A stretch of DNA of 64,000 nt from an uncultured Halothiobacillus sp. (GCA_964442775.1 CAYUAO010000002.1:573-64572), one strand, 5' to 3'; shown: positions 17,309 to 27,012, numbered from the stretch's first letter. Translations and numbers: made by a program. Notes: a model not told the origin generated them from the sequence alone.

Positions 17309-19975
17309 ATGTCGCCCCGGGCGACGAGGCGCTGGCCAGTGTTGCTCGCACTGCTGTTCTCCCTCATGGCCGGCGCGATGGCTCCCCGCGCGGAGAGTGC
17401 AGACGGGGCGACAAGGATCGATGTCGGCGTGCTGGCCTACGCGGGCAAGGAAACGGCGGAGGATCGCTGGCAGGCGACCGCCGACTACCTGAGCGAGCGC
17501 AACCCGGGCTACCGCTTCGTGGTCCGACCGCTGTTCCTTTCCGAACTGCACAGCGCATTTGTCCAGGGGCGGCTCGACTTCGTCCTCACGCAACCCCTGC
17601 AGTTCACCGAACTCAAGCGGGCCGGCTCGATCTGGCCGTTGGCGACCCAGGTGACCAAGGGGAACGGCCAGGAGCTGGAACGCCTGGGGGCGGTGATCTT
17701 CACGCACGAGGGCAGCGGGATGGCCTCGCTCGAGGACCTGGCCGGCAGACGGGTCGCCGGCACCAGCCCCAACGCCCTGGGTGGCTGGTTGCTCGGCATG
17801 CAGGCGCTGGACAACGCGGGCCTGGAGGTCGACCACCAGATCACGCCCATATTCACCGGGCTGCCGCTGGAGGCCGTGCTCGACGCGGTGCTCGACGGCC
17901 GGGCCGATGCGGGGGTTGTGAGGGCGAGTTTCTTCCAGCGCTACCTGGAGGCCCATCCCGACAGCGGACTGGTGCCGGTCGGAGCGGCCGAACGCAAGGA
18001 CTTCCCCTATCCCAGCAATACCCCGTTGGTCCCGGAGTGGCCGTTCGCCGCCACCGAGCGGGCGCCCGAGGGGCTCACCGTCCGCGTGGCCGACCAACTG
18101 CTCGAACTCCCGGCGGACGTGGCCTCGCGGGCCGGTATCGCCGGCTGGCGCACGCCACTGGACTATTCCAGCGTCGATCGCCTGCACGGCCAGTGGCTGA
18201 CCGACCCTGTCACCGCCGGCTCCCTCCTGCGCCATTCCTGGCAGTACCTGGTCCTGATTCTCACCGCCGTGCTCGCCCTGTTCACCTGGCAGGCGCGGCG
18301 CGCCACCAGGCGGCTCGGCCTGGAAAAACGCCGGCTAGGTCGGGCCTTTTCCGGGCTGCATACCGGCGCGGTGCTCACCGACGCGTCGGGACGAATCCTC
18401 CTGACCAACCCCGCGGGCGAGGGCTTCGCCCGTAACGGCCTCGAAGGGCGGCTGCCGGGGCGGTCGTTCTGCGAGGTGTTCGATTTCGAGGTCGAGCACC
18501 TGTCACCGCAATGTGCCTTCGATGTCCTGGTCGAGGGACTCGATACCCACGAGACACGCTCGCTCGACGGCGTGATCGAACGTGACAATCAGAGGTTGGA
18601 CGTGAATCTCAGGATCAGTCGTCTCGAGGCCGAGGGGGGCACCCAGGTGCTGGTGTCCATGCTCGACGTGACCGACCTGCGTTCGGCCAACGCCCTGCTG
18701 ACCTACCGAGCCACCCACGATCGACTGACCGGCGTGCTCAACCGGGAGGCGATGGAGGAATTCCTTTCCCAGGCGATGCCCGGGAAGGCGCCGCCGGGCG
18801 AGCCAGTCCACGCCAGTTGCCTGGTCTGGACCGACCTGGACGACTTCCGACTGCTCAACGAGATCGGCACCCGCGACCTGGGCGACCGCATCCTGGCCTC
18901 ACTGGCCAGCCATCTCTCACTCGAACTGCCGTCCGACGCCGTACTGGCGCGGATGGGAGTGGACGAGTTCGCCATCTGGATGCCGCTGGCCAGCCGGGAC
19001 ACCTGCGCCCCGGTAGCCCGCGAGGTGCTCGAGGTCATCCACGCGTTTCGCCTGCCGGACGAGCACGAGCACCTCCGGTTGAAGGCCAGCATCGGCGTGA
19101 CCCGTATCGAAAGCGACGACCTGGTCGCCTCGAAACGTCTCGAGGATGCCGAGCGAGCCTGCCAGAGCGCCCGGCGACTGGGCGGCGACCGGGTGGTGCA
19201 ATACTCCGGCGAGGACACCGAGTTGCAGGAACGGGAACAGCAGATCGAGCGCTACAACGCCCTGCGCGGAGCAATCGCCGAAAACCGCCTCGAGCTTGCC
19301 AGCCAGCGTATCGTGCCCCTCGACCCCGACGCGACCATGATCCATGAAGTCCTGCTGCGCGTCACCGATGCCGAGGGTGTCCTGCGTTTTCCCGGTGAAT
19401 ACATCGAGATCGCCGAGAAACATCACGCCATGGGCGAAATTGACCGCTGGGTGATCCGCCACGGTTGCCGTTGGCTGGCTCGTCAACCGGTGGAAAGCGG
19501 GACGGCGAGCATCAATCTCTCGGCGCATTCGGTTCAGGACCCGGAAATGATCGATTTCATACGCCAGGAACTGGGGCAGTCCGGCGTGGATCCCGGCCGG
19601 GTGGTCTTTGAGATCACCGAAACGGCGGCGATCCTCAATCTCGACCAGGCCGAGCGGCTGATCGGCGCGATGCGCCGGAACGGCTGCCGGTTCGCGCTGG
19701 ACGACTTCGGCGGTGGGTTTCTTTCCTTCGAGTACCTGCGTCGTCTCGATCCGGACATCGTCAAGATCGACGGGCGCCTGGTCGACGACCTGTCGCGCGA
19801 TCCCGTGGCCGCGGTGATCGTGTCGGCGATCGTGCAGGTCTGCCATGTCATGGGGGCCAGGACCGTGGCGGAATGGGTGGAGACCGACGAACAGTACCGA
19901 CAGGTCGTCGACATGGGGGTCGACTACGTACAGGGCTTCCTGCTGCACCGTCCGACAGCGCTGGACCGGGCTTGA
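17309..19975 (+). CDS. Paralogous sensor protein: PhnD-like periplasmic domain, TM, PAS, degenerate GGDEF (GVDEF), EAL
   Basis: Same architecture and collinear motifs as the upstream gene ([71 protein letters not shown]). I chose ATG 17309 ([22 protein letters not shown], signal-like) over the track start at 17243. Confidence 0.85.
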   Translation: MSPRATRRWPVLLALLFSLMAGAMAPRAESADGATRIDVGVLAYAGKETAEDRWQATADYLSERNPGYRFVVRPLFLSELHSAFVQGRLDFVLTQPLQFTELKRAGSIWPLATQVTKGNGQELERLGAVIFTHEGSGMASLEDLAGRRVAGTSPNALGGWLLGMQALDNAGLEVDHQITPIFTGLPLEAVLDAVLDGRADAGVVRASFFQRYLEAHPDSGLVPVGAAERKDFPYPSNTPLVPEWPFAATERAPEGLTVRVADQLLELPADVASRAGIAGWRTPLDYSSVDRLHGQWLTDPVTAGSLLRHSWQYLVLILTAVLALFTWQARRATRRLGLEKRRLGRAFSGLHTGAVLTDASGRILLTNPAGEGFARNGLEGRLPGRSFCEVFDFEVEHLSPQCAFDVLVEGLDTHETRSLDGVIERDNQRLDVNLRISRLEAEGGTQVLVSMLDVTDLRSANALLTYRATHDRLTGVLNREAMEEFLSQAMPGKAPPGEPVHASCLVWTDLDDFRLLNEIGTRDLGDRILASLASHLSLELPSDAVLARMGVDEFAIWMPLASRDTCAPVAREVLEVIHAFRLPDEHEHLRLKASIGVTRIESDDLVASKRLEDAERACQSARRLGGDRVVQYSGEDTELQEREQQIERYNALRGAIAENRLELASQRIVPLDPDATMIHEVLLRVTDAEGVLRFPGEYIEIAEKHHAMGEIDRWVIRHGCRWLARQPVESGTASINLSAHSVQDPEMIDFIRQELGQSGVDPGRVVFEITETAAILNLDQAERLIGAMRRNGCRFALDDFGGGFLSFEYLRRLDPDIVKIDGRLVDDLSRDPVAAVIVSAIVQVCHVMGARTVAEWVETDEQYRQVVDMGVDYVQGFLLHRPTALDRA

Positions 19976-20073
19976 AACCCGCTACGCCGGCCGAGTCGCA
20001 AGACACCGCCAGATCACCTAGAGTCTCGCTTTTATCCCTTTTATACGATCGTAACCAATCTGGAGGTCATTCC

Positions 20074-20457
20074 ATGCGCATCCTGCACACCATGATCCGC
20101 GTCAGCGACCTGGAGAAGTCGCTCGCGTTCTACACCGACGTGCTCGGCATGAAACTGCTGCGTCAGCAGGACTATCCCGCCGGCGAGTTCACGCTCGCCT
20201 TCGTCGGCTACGGCGAGGAGAGCGAGACGGCCGTGCTCGAGCTGACCTACAACTGGGGAGAGCACCGTTACGATCTGGGTGACGGCTACGGTCACATCGC
20301 CATCGAGGTCGACGACGTCTACGAGGCCGCGGAGAAAATCCGTGCAAAGGGGGGCGAGATCCTGCGCGAACCCGGTCCGATGAACGCCGGGTCGACAATC
20401 ATCGCCTTCGTCGCCGATCCGGACGGTTACGCCATCGAGCTGATCGGCGCGGATTGA
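20074..20457 (+). CDS. gloA: Lactoylglutathione lyase (glyoxalase I, 127 aa)
   Basis: [47 protein letters not shown]...[11 protein letters not shown]...ELI. ATG 20074 is preceded by GGAGG. Confidence 0.93.
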   Translation: MRILHTMIRVSDLEKSLAFYTDVLGMKLLRQQDYPAGEFTLAFVGYGEESETAVLELTYNWGEHRYDLGDGYGHIAIEVDDVYEAAEKIRAKGGEILREPGPMNAGSTIIAFVADPDGYAIELIGAD

Positions 20458-20982
20458 GGGGAAAACGGGCCGCTGTCAAGGCTTGACAGGCGACATTTTC
20501 CACATCACGGCGGGCGCAACCATCGTTGCGCCTTTTTCGTGCACGGCAAATCAGTCGGTTAGCGAGAGACCATTCATAAGATCCTGTTTTACAGGGAATT
20601 CCTCTGGCGTTGGGTTCGCTGGTCAAAAATTACCCAATTGTGTCTCCTCCCTTGTGGGATCGGGAGTTGACGGGTTCTTCCACATACTTATCCACAGTTT
20701 CTGTGAAAAACTCTCGCCGTCGGGATTTCGCCACTTTCGGTCGGGAATCCGACCGTGAAGGGGAGCGTTTCCGGCCGGTCCGAAGCCGGGGTCGAGCGGC
20801 GGACAAGCCGTGGTCGGGTTCTAATGAAGGGGCGGGCCGAAATCGGGATGTCACAATTCAGTGGCAGGATCGTGCCAGAATATATATTCGTCCGCATATC
20901 CGGCGACGTGTCAGCACCCGGAGGTGGACTCCTTGCATTTCAGAAAATCTGGCGGAACCAGGGGAACCAGGGGAGCGAAGAG

Positions 20983-21996
20983 ATGACGATTCGGGTGGGT
21001 ATCAACGGTTTCGGGCGCATTGGGCGACTGGCCTTCCGGGCGCTTGCCGACCGGCCGGAACTCGACATCGAGGTGGTGCACGTCAACGAGATTGCTGCCG
21101 ATGCCGCCTGCATGGCGCACCTGACCGAGTTCGACTCGGTGCACGGTCATTGGGGAAGGAGCATGTGCGGGGAGGGCGACACCCTGACGCTCGACGGGCG
21201 CGACATCCGTTTCACGCAGAGCGAGACGATCGACGGGATCGGCTGGGACCGTTCGGACGTCGACGTGGTGATCGAGTCCACCGGCCGCTGGCGCCGGTTC
21301 GACGAGATCACGCCGCACCTCGAACAGGGGGCGTCGCGGGTGGCCGTCGCCGCACCGGTCAAGCACCCCGACGCGCTCAACGTGGTGATGGGGGTGAATG
21401 AAGATCGATTCGACGCCGCCCGTCACCGGGTGGTGACCGCCGCGTCCTGCACCACCAATTGCCTCGCGCCGCTGGTCAAGGTACTCCACGAAGGCCTCGG
21501 CATCCAGCGCGGCACGATGACCACCATGCACGACCTCACCAACACGCAGGTGGTGGTCGACAAGGGCGACCGCGACTGGCGGCGGGCGCGTGCCTCGTCG
21601 ATGTCGCTCTCGCCGACCACCACCGGCTCGGCCAAGGCGATCGGGGCGATCTTCCCGGAACTCGACGGGCGACTCAACGGGCTGGCGGTGCGGGTGCCGC
21701 TGCTCAACGCCTCGCTGACGGACTTCGTCTTCACCCCCGGACGCGCGACCACGGTCGAGGAGGTCAACGACCTGTTGCGCACCGCGGCGGGAGGCCGGCT
21801 GGCGGGCATCCTCGGCTTCGAGACCCGTCCGCTGGTGTCGGTGGACTACGTCAATGACCCGCGCTCGTCGATCGTGGATGCGCCCTCGACCATGGTGATC
21901 GACGACGAGCTCGTCAAGGTGTTGGCCTGGTACGACAACGAGTGGGGTTATGCCCAGCGGCTGGTCGAGCTGGTCGCGATGATCGGCCGGGACTGA
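20983..21996 (+). CDS. gap: Glyceraldehyde-3-phosphate dehydrogenase, type I (337 aa), of the kind paired with arsJ
   Basis: MTIRVGINGFGRIGRLAFRAL, the catalytic ASCTTNCLAP, and WYDNEWGYAQR. The internal ATG 20983 follows GGGAGCGAAGAG; the upstream part of track ORF 20755 lies in the AT-rich spacer. Confidence 0.93.
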   Translation: MTIRVGINGFGRIGRLAFRALADRPELDIEVVHVNEIAADAACMAHLTEFDSVHGHWGRSMCGEGDTLTLDGRDIRFTQSETIDGIGWDRSDVDVVIESTGRWRRFDEITPHLEQGASRVAVAAPVKHPDALNVVMGVNEDRFDAARHRVVTAASCTTNCLAPLVKVLHEGLGIQRGTMTTMHDLTNTQVVVDKGDRDWRRARASSMSLSPTTTGSAKAIGAIFPELDGRLNGLAVRVPLLNASLTDFVFTPGRATTVEEVNDLLRTAAGGRLAGILGFETRPLVSVDYVNDPRSSIVDAPSTMVIDDELVKVLAWYDNEWGYAQRLVELVAMIGRD

Positions 21997-22016
21997 GACA
22001 CCAACCGGGAGGCACT

Positions 22017-23267
22017 ATGCCCCTTGCCATGAACCAGGCGCTGCGCCACTACCTGACCATCACCGGCAACTACTGGCTGTTCACCCTGACCGATGGGGCG
22101 ATCCGCATGCTGGTGGTGCTGCACTTCTACCAGCTCGGCTACTCGCCGTTCGCCATCGCGATGCTGTTCCTCTTCTACGAGTTCTTCGGCATCGTCACGA
22201 ACCTCGTCGGCGGCTGGCTTGGGGCCCGCATCGGGCTCAACCGCACCATGCAGCTGGGAACCGGGCTTCAGATCGCGGCCCTGCTGATGCTCACCGTGCC
22301 GGACGCCTGGCTCACCGTCGCCTACGTGATGGCGGCTCAGGCGCTCTCTGGCGTCGCCAAGGACCTCAACAAGATGTCCGCCAAGGCGGGGGTGAAACTG
22401 GTCGCCCGGGAGGGCAACGCCCAATTGTTCCGCTGGGTGGCGTGGATTACGGGATCGAAGAACGCGCTCAAGGGCGCCGGGTTCTTCGTCGGTGCGATGC
22501 TCCTGCAAGTCGCCGGCTTCCAGGGAGCGATGGGCCTGCTCGCCGGCCTGCTGGTCTTCGGTCTGCTGATGACCCTCACGCTGCCGGGCGGTTTCGGCGC
22601 GATTCGGGCCCGACCCGGCTTTTCCCGGATGTTCGCCCGCGAACCGCGGATCAACTGGCTTGCCGGGGCGCGCGTGTTCCTGTTCGCCGCCCGCGATGTC
22701 TGGTTCGTGGTCGCCCTGCCGGTCTTCCTAGTCTCGATCGGCTGGGAATTCCACTGGGTCGGCGCCTATCTTGCCCTGTGGGTGATCGGTTACGGCGCGG
22801 TGCAGGCGGTCGCCCCGCGTCTGCTCGGCATGCGCCGACGCCCGGCCCTGGCGGCGGACGATGGCCCCGACGCCCGCACCGCGACGGTCTGGAGCTTTCT
22901 CCTGGTCGTACCGCTCGCCGCCATCCTCGCCGCACTGGCCTCGGGGCTCACTCAGGGTTGGGTGCTCAGTCTGGGGCTCGCCTTCTTCGGCGTCGTGTTC
23001 GCACTCAATTCGGCCACCCATTCGTACCTGATCCTGCGCTATTCGGCGGAGGAGAAGACCTCGATGAACGTGGGTTTCTACTACGCGGCCAACGCCTCGG
23101 GGCGCCTGCTCGGCACGGTGCTTTCGGGGCTGAGCTACCAGTGGATCGGGATCATGGGCAGTATCGGGTTCGCCCTGCTGTTCGTGATCCTCGCCGGGCT
23201 GCTGAGTTCGCGATTGGTCGGGCTCGATCGCCAGGAGTCGGCGGAGGAGGCGATGCCGGAGGCATGA
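22017..23267 (+). CDS. arsJ: MFS permease of the ArsJ type (organoarsenical / 1-arseno-3-phosphoglycerate efflux), 416 aa
   Basis: Polytopic MFS protein immediately downstream of a GAPDH gene. The N-terminal region YLTITGNYWLFTLTDGAIRMLVVLHFYQLGYSPFAIAMLFLFYEFFGIVTNLVGGWLG matches my recollection of ArsJ-family sequences. ATG 22017 is preceded by GGGAGG. Confidence 0.7.
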   Translation: MPLAMNQALRHYLTITGNYWLFTLTDGAIRMLVVLHFYQLGYSPFAIAMLFLFYEFFGIVTNLVGGWLGARIGLNRTMQLGTGLQIAALLMLTVPDAWLTVAYVMAAQALSGVAKDLNKMSAKAGVKLVAREGNAQLFRWVAWITGSKNALKGAGFFVGAMLLQVAGFQGAMGLLAGLLVFGLLMTLTLPGGFGAIRARPGFSRMFAREPRINWLAGARVFLFAARDVWFVVALPVFLVSIGWEFHWVGAYLALWVIGYGAVQAVAPRLLGMRRRPALAADDGPDARTATVWSFLLVVPLAAILAALASGLTQGWVLSLGLAFFGVVFALNSATHSYLILRYSAEEKTSMNVGFYYAANASGRLLGTVLSGLSYQWIGIMGSIGFALLFVILAGLLSSRLVGLDRQESAEEAMPEA

Positions 23268-23345
23268 ACCCCCTGTCGGGCCCGGCATCGTTGGGCTAAG
23301 GTTCTCCTTGGGAAACCCTGCACGATTCGCTGAAGGGGGAACGAC

Positions 23346-24605
23346 ATGTCCGAAGCAGGGGAGCGGAGACAGGAAGGTTACGAACAGGCGCGTGAACTGC
23401 TCAATCAGTGCGCGACCGACGACGGCTTTCTCGCCTCGACGGCGCAGCGGGACAATTATCGACGTATCTGGGCCCGGGATGGGGTGATCATCGGACTGGC
23501 GGGCCTGATGACGGGCGTCGAATCGCTCGTCACCACCATGCGAAAGACCCTCGTGACGCTGGCCGGCAACCAAGGCAGTCACGGGGAGGTTCCCAGCAAC
23601 GTCGACACCGTGACCCACCGGATCAGCTACGGCGGGACCACCGGACGGGTGGACGCCGACCTGTGGTTCGTCATCGGTTGCGCCGAATACTGGCTGGCAA
23701 GCGGCGACGACGCCTTCATCGGAGAGATGCTGCCCGCCCTCGAGCGGGTACGTTTTCTCCTCGGCGCCTGGGAATTCAACGACCGCGGGCTGATCTACGT
23801 CCCCCAGACCGGCGATTGGGCCGACGAGTACATCCAGACCGGCTACATCCTCTACGACCAGTTGCTCTACCTGCAGGCATTGCGCTCGTTCTGCCGCATC
23901 CACCAGCACGTGCACGGCTCGGCCGATCACCAGCTTGAGGACCGCACGGTACGGCTGCTCCACCTGATACGGAGCAACTACTGGTTCAACGGCAACGAGG
24001 GCAGTGAATCGGCGGACGTCTACCACGAGGTGCTCTATCGCAAGGGACACCAGGCAGCATCTCGGCGAGCCTCGAACTACTGGATGCCGTTCTTCTCGCC
24101 CACCGGCTACGGCTACCGCTTCGACGCCTTCGCCAACGTCCTAGTCAGCCTGATGGGTATCGCCGATGTCGCTCAGGCCGATCACGTCGACCGGTACATC
24201 GACGAGATCGTCCCGGACGAACTGCCCTTGCTGCCTGCCTTCCATCCGGTAATCGAACCGGTCGACCGGGACTGGGAGGACCTGCAGGTAATGTTCTCCT
24301 ACAGCTTCAAGAACAACCCCCACGAGTTCCACAACGGCGGACTGTGGCCGATGATCACCGGCTTCTACGTCGCGGACCTGGTTGCACGCGGCCATACCGT
24401 CAAGGCGCGGCGGTATCTCGACGGGATCCATCGGGCCAACGCGTTGCCGATGGACGATCAACCCTGGTCCTTCCCCGAATACGTGCATGGCCGCAAGTAC
24501 ACCGCGGGTGGCAACCGCTGCCAGGGCTGGAGTGCCGCGGCGGCAGTCATGGCCCATCACGCGCTCGAGGGGAAACGTCCATTCCGGATCGACGATGATG
24601 AATGA
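23346..24605 (+). CDS. GH100-like (alkaline/neutral invertase family) (alpha/alpha)6-barrel glycoside hydrolase, 419 aa
   Basis: Collinear with the cyanobacterial InvA-type motifs I recall: NYRRIWARDGV, RVDADLWFVIG, LIYVPQTGDWADEY, LIRSNYWF, FHNGGLWPMITGF, FPEYVHGRKYTAGGNRCQGWSAAA. Predicted acid/base residues lie in GDWADE and PEY. Confidence 0.6.
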   Translation: MSEAGERRQEGYEQARELLNQCATDDGFLASTAQRDNYRRIWARDGVIIGLAGLMTGVESLVTTMRKTLVTLAGNQGSHGEVPSNVDTVTHRISYGGTTGRVDADLWFVIGCAEYWLASGDDAFIGEMLPALERVRFLLGAWEFNDRGLIYVPQTGDWADEYIQTGYILYDQLLYLQALRSFCRIHQHVHGSADHQLEDRTVRLLHLIRSNYWFNGNEGSESADVYHEVLYRKGHQAASRRASNYWMPFFSPTGYGYRFDAFANVLVSLMGIADVAQADHVDRYIDEIVPDELPLLPAFHPVIEPVDRDWEDLQVMFSYSFKNNPHEFHNGGLWPMITGFYVADLVARGHTVKARRYLDGIHRANALPMDDQPWSFPEYVHGRKYTAGGNRCQGWSAAAAVMAHHALEGKRPFRIDDDE

Positions 24606-25488
24606 CACGCTCATGATCTGCACGGATCTCGACCGCACCCTGATTCCCAACGGCCACCAGCCCGAATCCCCCGGTGCGCGCGATCGTTTCACGCGGCTTG
24701 CCGCGGATGCGGCCGTGACCCTCGTCTACGTAAGCGGCCGGGACGAGGGCCTGCTGCGCGACGCGATCGACGCCTACCACCTGCCGGTGCCGGATTTCGC
24801 CATCGGCGATGTCGGCACCACAATCTATCGCGTCGAACCCGCGACCGGCGAGTACCGCTGGACGCCCTGGGGGGAGTGGTACGAGGAGATGGCGCCCGAT
24901 TGGGCCGGGCACGACCGGGGTTTCCTGGCGAATCTGCTCGCGGACATCGCGGGTCTCGAACTGCAGGAACCGGCCAAGCAGAACACCTTCAAGCTCAGTT
25001 ACTACGCACCGGTGGACATCGAATCCGACCGGTTGGTCACCGCCATCCATCGCCGGCTCGACGAGCAGGGCATCCGCGCGAGCGTGATCTGGAGTATCGA
25101 CGAGATGCGGGGCGTCGGGCTGATCGATGTGCTGCCGCAAAGCGCGACCAAGCTCCATGCCATCCGGTTTCTCCAGTCACGGCTCGACGTGACCGACGCC
25201 TCGACGATCTTCGCGGGCGACAGCGGCAACGACCTGCCGGCGCTGGTCAGCCCACTCCCCGCGGTACTGGTCGCGAACGCCCGCGAGGACGTGCGGCAGG
25301 CGGCGGTGCTGGGAGCGCGTGCAAATGGCACGATCGACCGACTCTACCTCGCCCGGGGCGGGTTTCTCGGCATGAACGGGAACTACGCGGCGGGAATCCT
25401 CGAGGGCGTCGCTCACTTTCACCCCTGGGTACGCGACCGGATCGGGTCGGGCGATCCGGTGGGGATGTTTGGTGACGATCCAGGGTGA
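24595..25488 (+). CDS. HAD-IIB hydrolase, sucrose-phosphate-phosphatase-like (297 aa)
   Basis: HAD motif I ICTDLDRTLIP, motif II YVSGRD, and motifs III/IV K...FAGDSGNDLPAL. The start overlaps the upstream hydrolase stop by 11 nt. Confidence 0.65.
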   Translation: MMNDTLMICTDLDRTLIPNGHQPESPGARDRFTRLAADAAVTLVYVSGRDEGLLRDAIDAYHLPVPDFAIGDVGTTIYRVEPATGEYRWTPWGEWYEEMAPDWAGHDRGFLANLLADIAGLELQEPAKQNTFKLSYYAPVDIESDRLVTAIHRRLDEQGIRASVIWSIDEMRGVGLIDVLPQSATKLHAIRFLQSRLDVTDASTIFAGDSGNDLPALVSPLPAVLVANAREDVRQAAVLGARANGTIDRLYLARGGFLGMNGNYAAGILEGVAHFHPWVRDRIGSGDPVGMFGDDPG

Positions 25489-26403
25489 TCAACCGGAGTC
25501 GTTCTCAGCCCTGTCCGCCGAGAGGCGGTCCGCCACGGCGACGAAGGCCTCGGCGAGCGGATTCACCGCCCGCCCGACCGGCTCGATGCGTCCCAGCCGA
25601 CGGGTGGGCAGGGGGGAGGGTGCCGCGACCAGGGGCACCAGCCCCGAGCGTTGCAGGGTGGCCGGTATGACCGCCCAGCCGACGCCGGTCGAGGCGAGCA
25701 CTGCGATCGATTCGAGCTGGTTGATCTCGATCACCGCCGGCGGGGTCAGGTTGCAATCGTCCAGCCAGCGGTCGATGGCCGTGCGGGTGCTGGTCGCCTC
25801 GGCCGGCAGGATCAACGGCAGGCGCTCGCCCACCAGGCGGAGCTCGGCGGATCGTTCGTCGGGGCAATGCCGGGCGGCGACGACTGGCTGCAGGGTTTCC
25901 TCGCGCAACGGCTGCGCCCGTACACGCGGATCGAGTCTTGGCGGGAGGGTGGCATAGGCCAGCGAGACCTCGCCCAGGGCCACCTGCTCGATGGCGCGCT
26001 CGGAGTCGTGGAAACTCAGGTCGAGCAGCACGTCGGGATAACGCGTCGAGAAGGCCTCCAGCACATCGGGAAGCAGGTGCAGGCCGCAGTAGTGGCTCAG
26101 GGACAGCGCCAGCCGGCCACTGAGCCGGTCGCCGCGGTCCTGTACCGCCGCGGCGATGGCCTCCAGCGAGTGGCGCACCTCGCGCACCGCCGGCAGCAGG
26201 CGCTCGCCGCGATAGGTCAGCACCACGCGTTGTCCCATGCGGTCGAAGAGATCGAAGCCGAGGCGATCCTCCAGTTGCGCCAGGCGCTTGGACACCGCCG
26301 GCTGGCTGATATGCAACCGCGAGGCCGCCGCCGAGAACGAGCCGGTTTCCGCCACCGCCAGGAAGGTGAGCAACTGCTGGGTATCCAGATTGAGCGGGTT
26401 CAT
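25489..26403 (-). CDS. LysR-family transcriptional regulator (304 aa)
   Basis: N-terminal wHTH LLTFLAVAETGSFSAAASRLHISQPAVSKRLAQLEDRLGFDLFDR followed by a LysR substrate-binding domain. Confidence 0.9.
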   Translation of the reverse strand: MNPLNLDTQQLLTFLAVAETGSFSAAASRLHISQPAVSKRLAQLEDRLGFDLFDRMGQRVVLTYRGERLLPAVREVRHSLEAIAAAVQDRGDRLSGRLALSLSHYCGLHLLPDVLEAFSTRYPDVLLDLSFHDSERAIEQVALGEVSLAYATLPPRLDPRVRAQPLREETLQPVVAARHCPDERSAELRLVGERLPLILPAEATSTRTAIDRWLDDCNLTPPAVIEINQLESIAVLASTGVGWAVIPATLQRSGLVPLVAAPSPLPTRRLGRIEPVGRAVNPLAEAFVAVADRLSADRAENDSG

Positions 26404-26604
26404 CGATCCGTCTCCACGCGGTTGAGCAGCATAGGGAAGGTCTGCGCGACGCGCATCTCTCTCCGCGGTCTGTCGAGCCGTTCGTACTCAGGGCGCACAT
26501 GCCGATATCCGATTCGCGCCCCGCGCCCTAGTATAACCATTGGGAATGGAGGCCATGCAGATTTTCCATTTTGGTTATTGCCACGGCGCCGCTATGCTCT
26601 CCCC

Positions 26605-27012
26605 ATGACAAACGCTGCCCTCAACGTGCTCGGACTGCCATTGGCGCCATGCTCGACGGATCCGGTGACCGGCTTCTATCGGGATGGCCGCTGCCGGGTC
26701 GGGGCCGAGGACGGTGGGGTGCACGGGGTGTGTGCCGAGCTCGACGAGGCGTTTCTCGATTACACCGCCGCCCAGGGCAACGAGCTGCGCCGACCGATCC
26801 CGGCCTACGATTTCCCCGGGCTGACGGCCGGTGACCGCTGGTGCGTCTGCGCCTGGCGCTGGCGCGAGGCCTTCGAAGCCGGGGTGGCGCCACCGGTGGT
26901 GCTCGCCGCGACGCACCACGAGGCGTTGCGCGTGGTCAAGCTGCGCGACCTGATCGAGCACGCCGTCGACCCGCCTGCCTCGGGACTCGATGACGGCTTC
27001 TACGAGTTCTAG
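26605..27012 (+). CDS. DUF2237 family protein (135 aa)
   Basis: NVLGLPLAPCSTDPVTGFYRDGRCRVGAEDGGVHGVCAELDEAFLDYT...GDRWCVCAWRWREA matches the conserved Cys pattern of DUF2237. It is the last 135 codons of track ORF 25651..27012. Confidence 0.75.
   Translation: MTNAALNVLGLPLAPCSTDPVTGFYRDGRCRVGAEDGGVHGVCAELDEAFLDYTAAQGNELRRPIPAYDFPGLTAGDRWCVCAWRWREAFEAGVAPPVVLAATHHEALRVVKLRDLIEHAVDPPASGLDDGFYEF

Noticed and set aside
20458-20982. Chromosomal replication origin (oriC).
   Set aside because: There is only one perfect DnaA box plus three weak ones. I found no clear array of 13-mer AT-rich unwinding repeats, and no dnaA, dnaN, gidA or parAB neighbours. One perfect 9-mer is expected by chance in a window of this size. 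I kept it only as a low-interest finding.
25486-25491. The convergent HAD and LysR genes end on abutting stop codons that form the palindrome TGATCA, leaving no intergenic terminator.
   Set aside because: It is real in the sequence but probably just compact genome organisation. I can propose no testable function beyond possible transcriptional interference.
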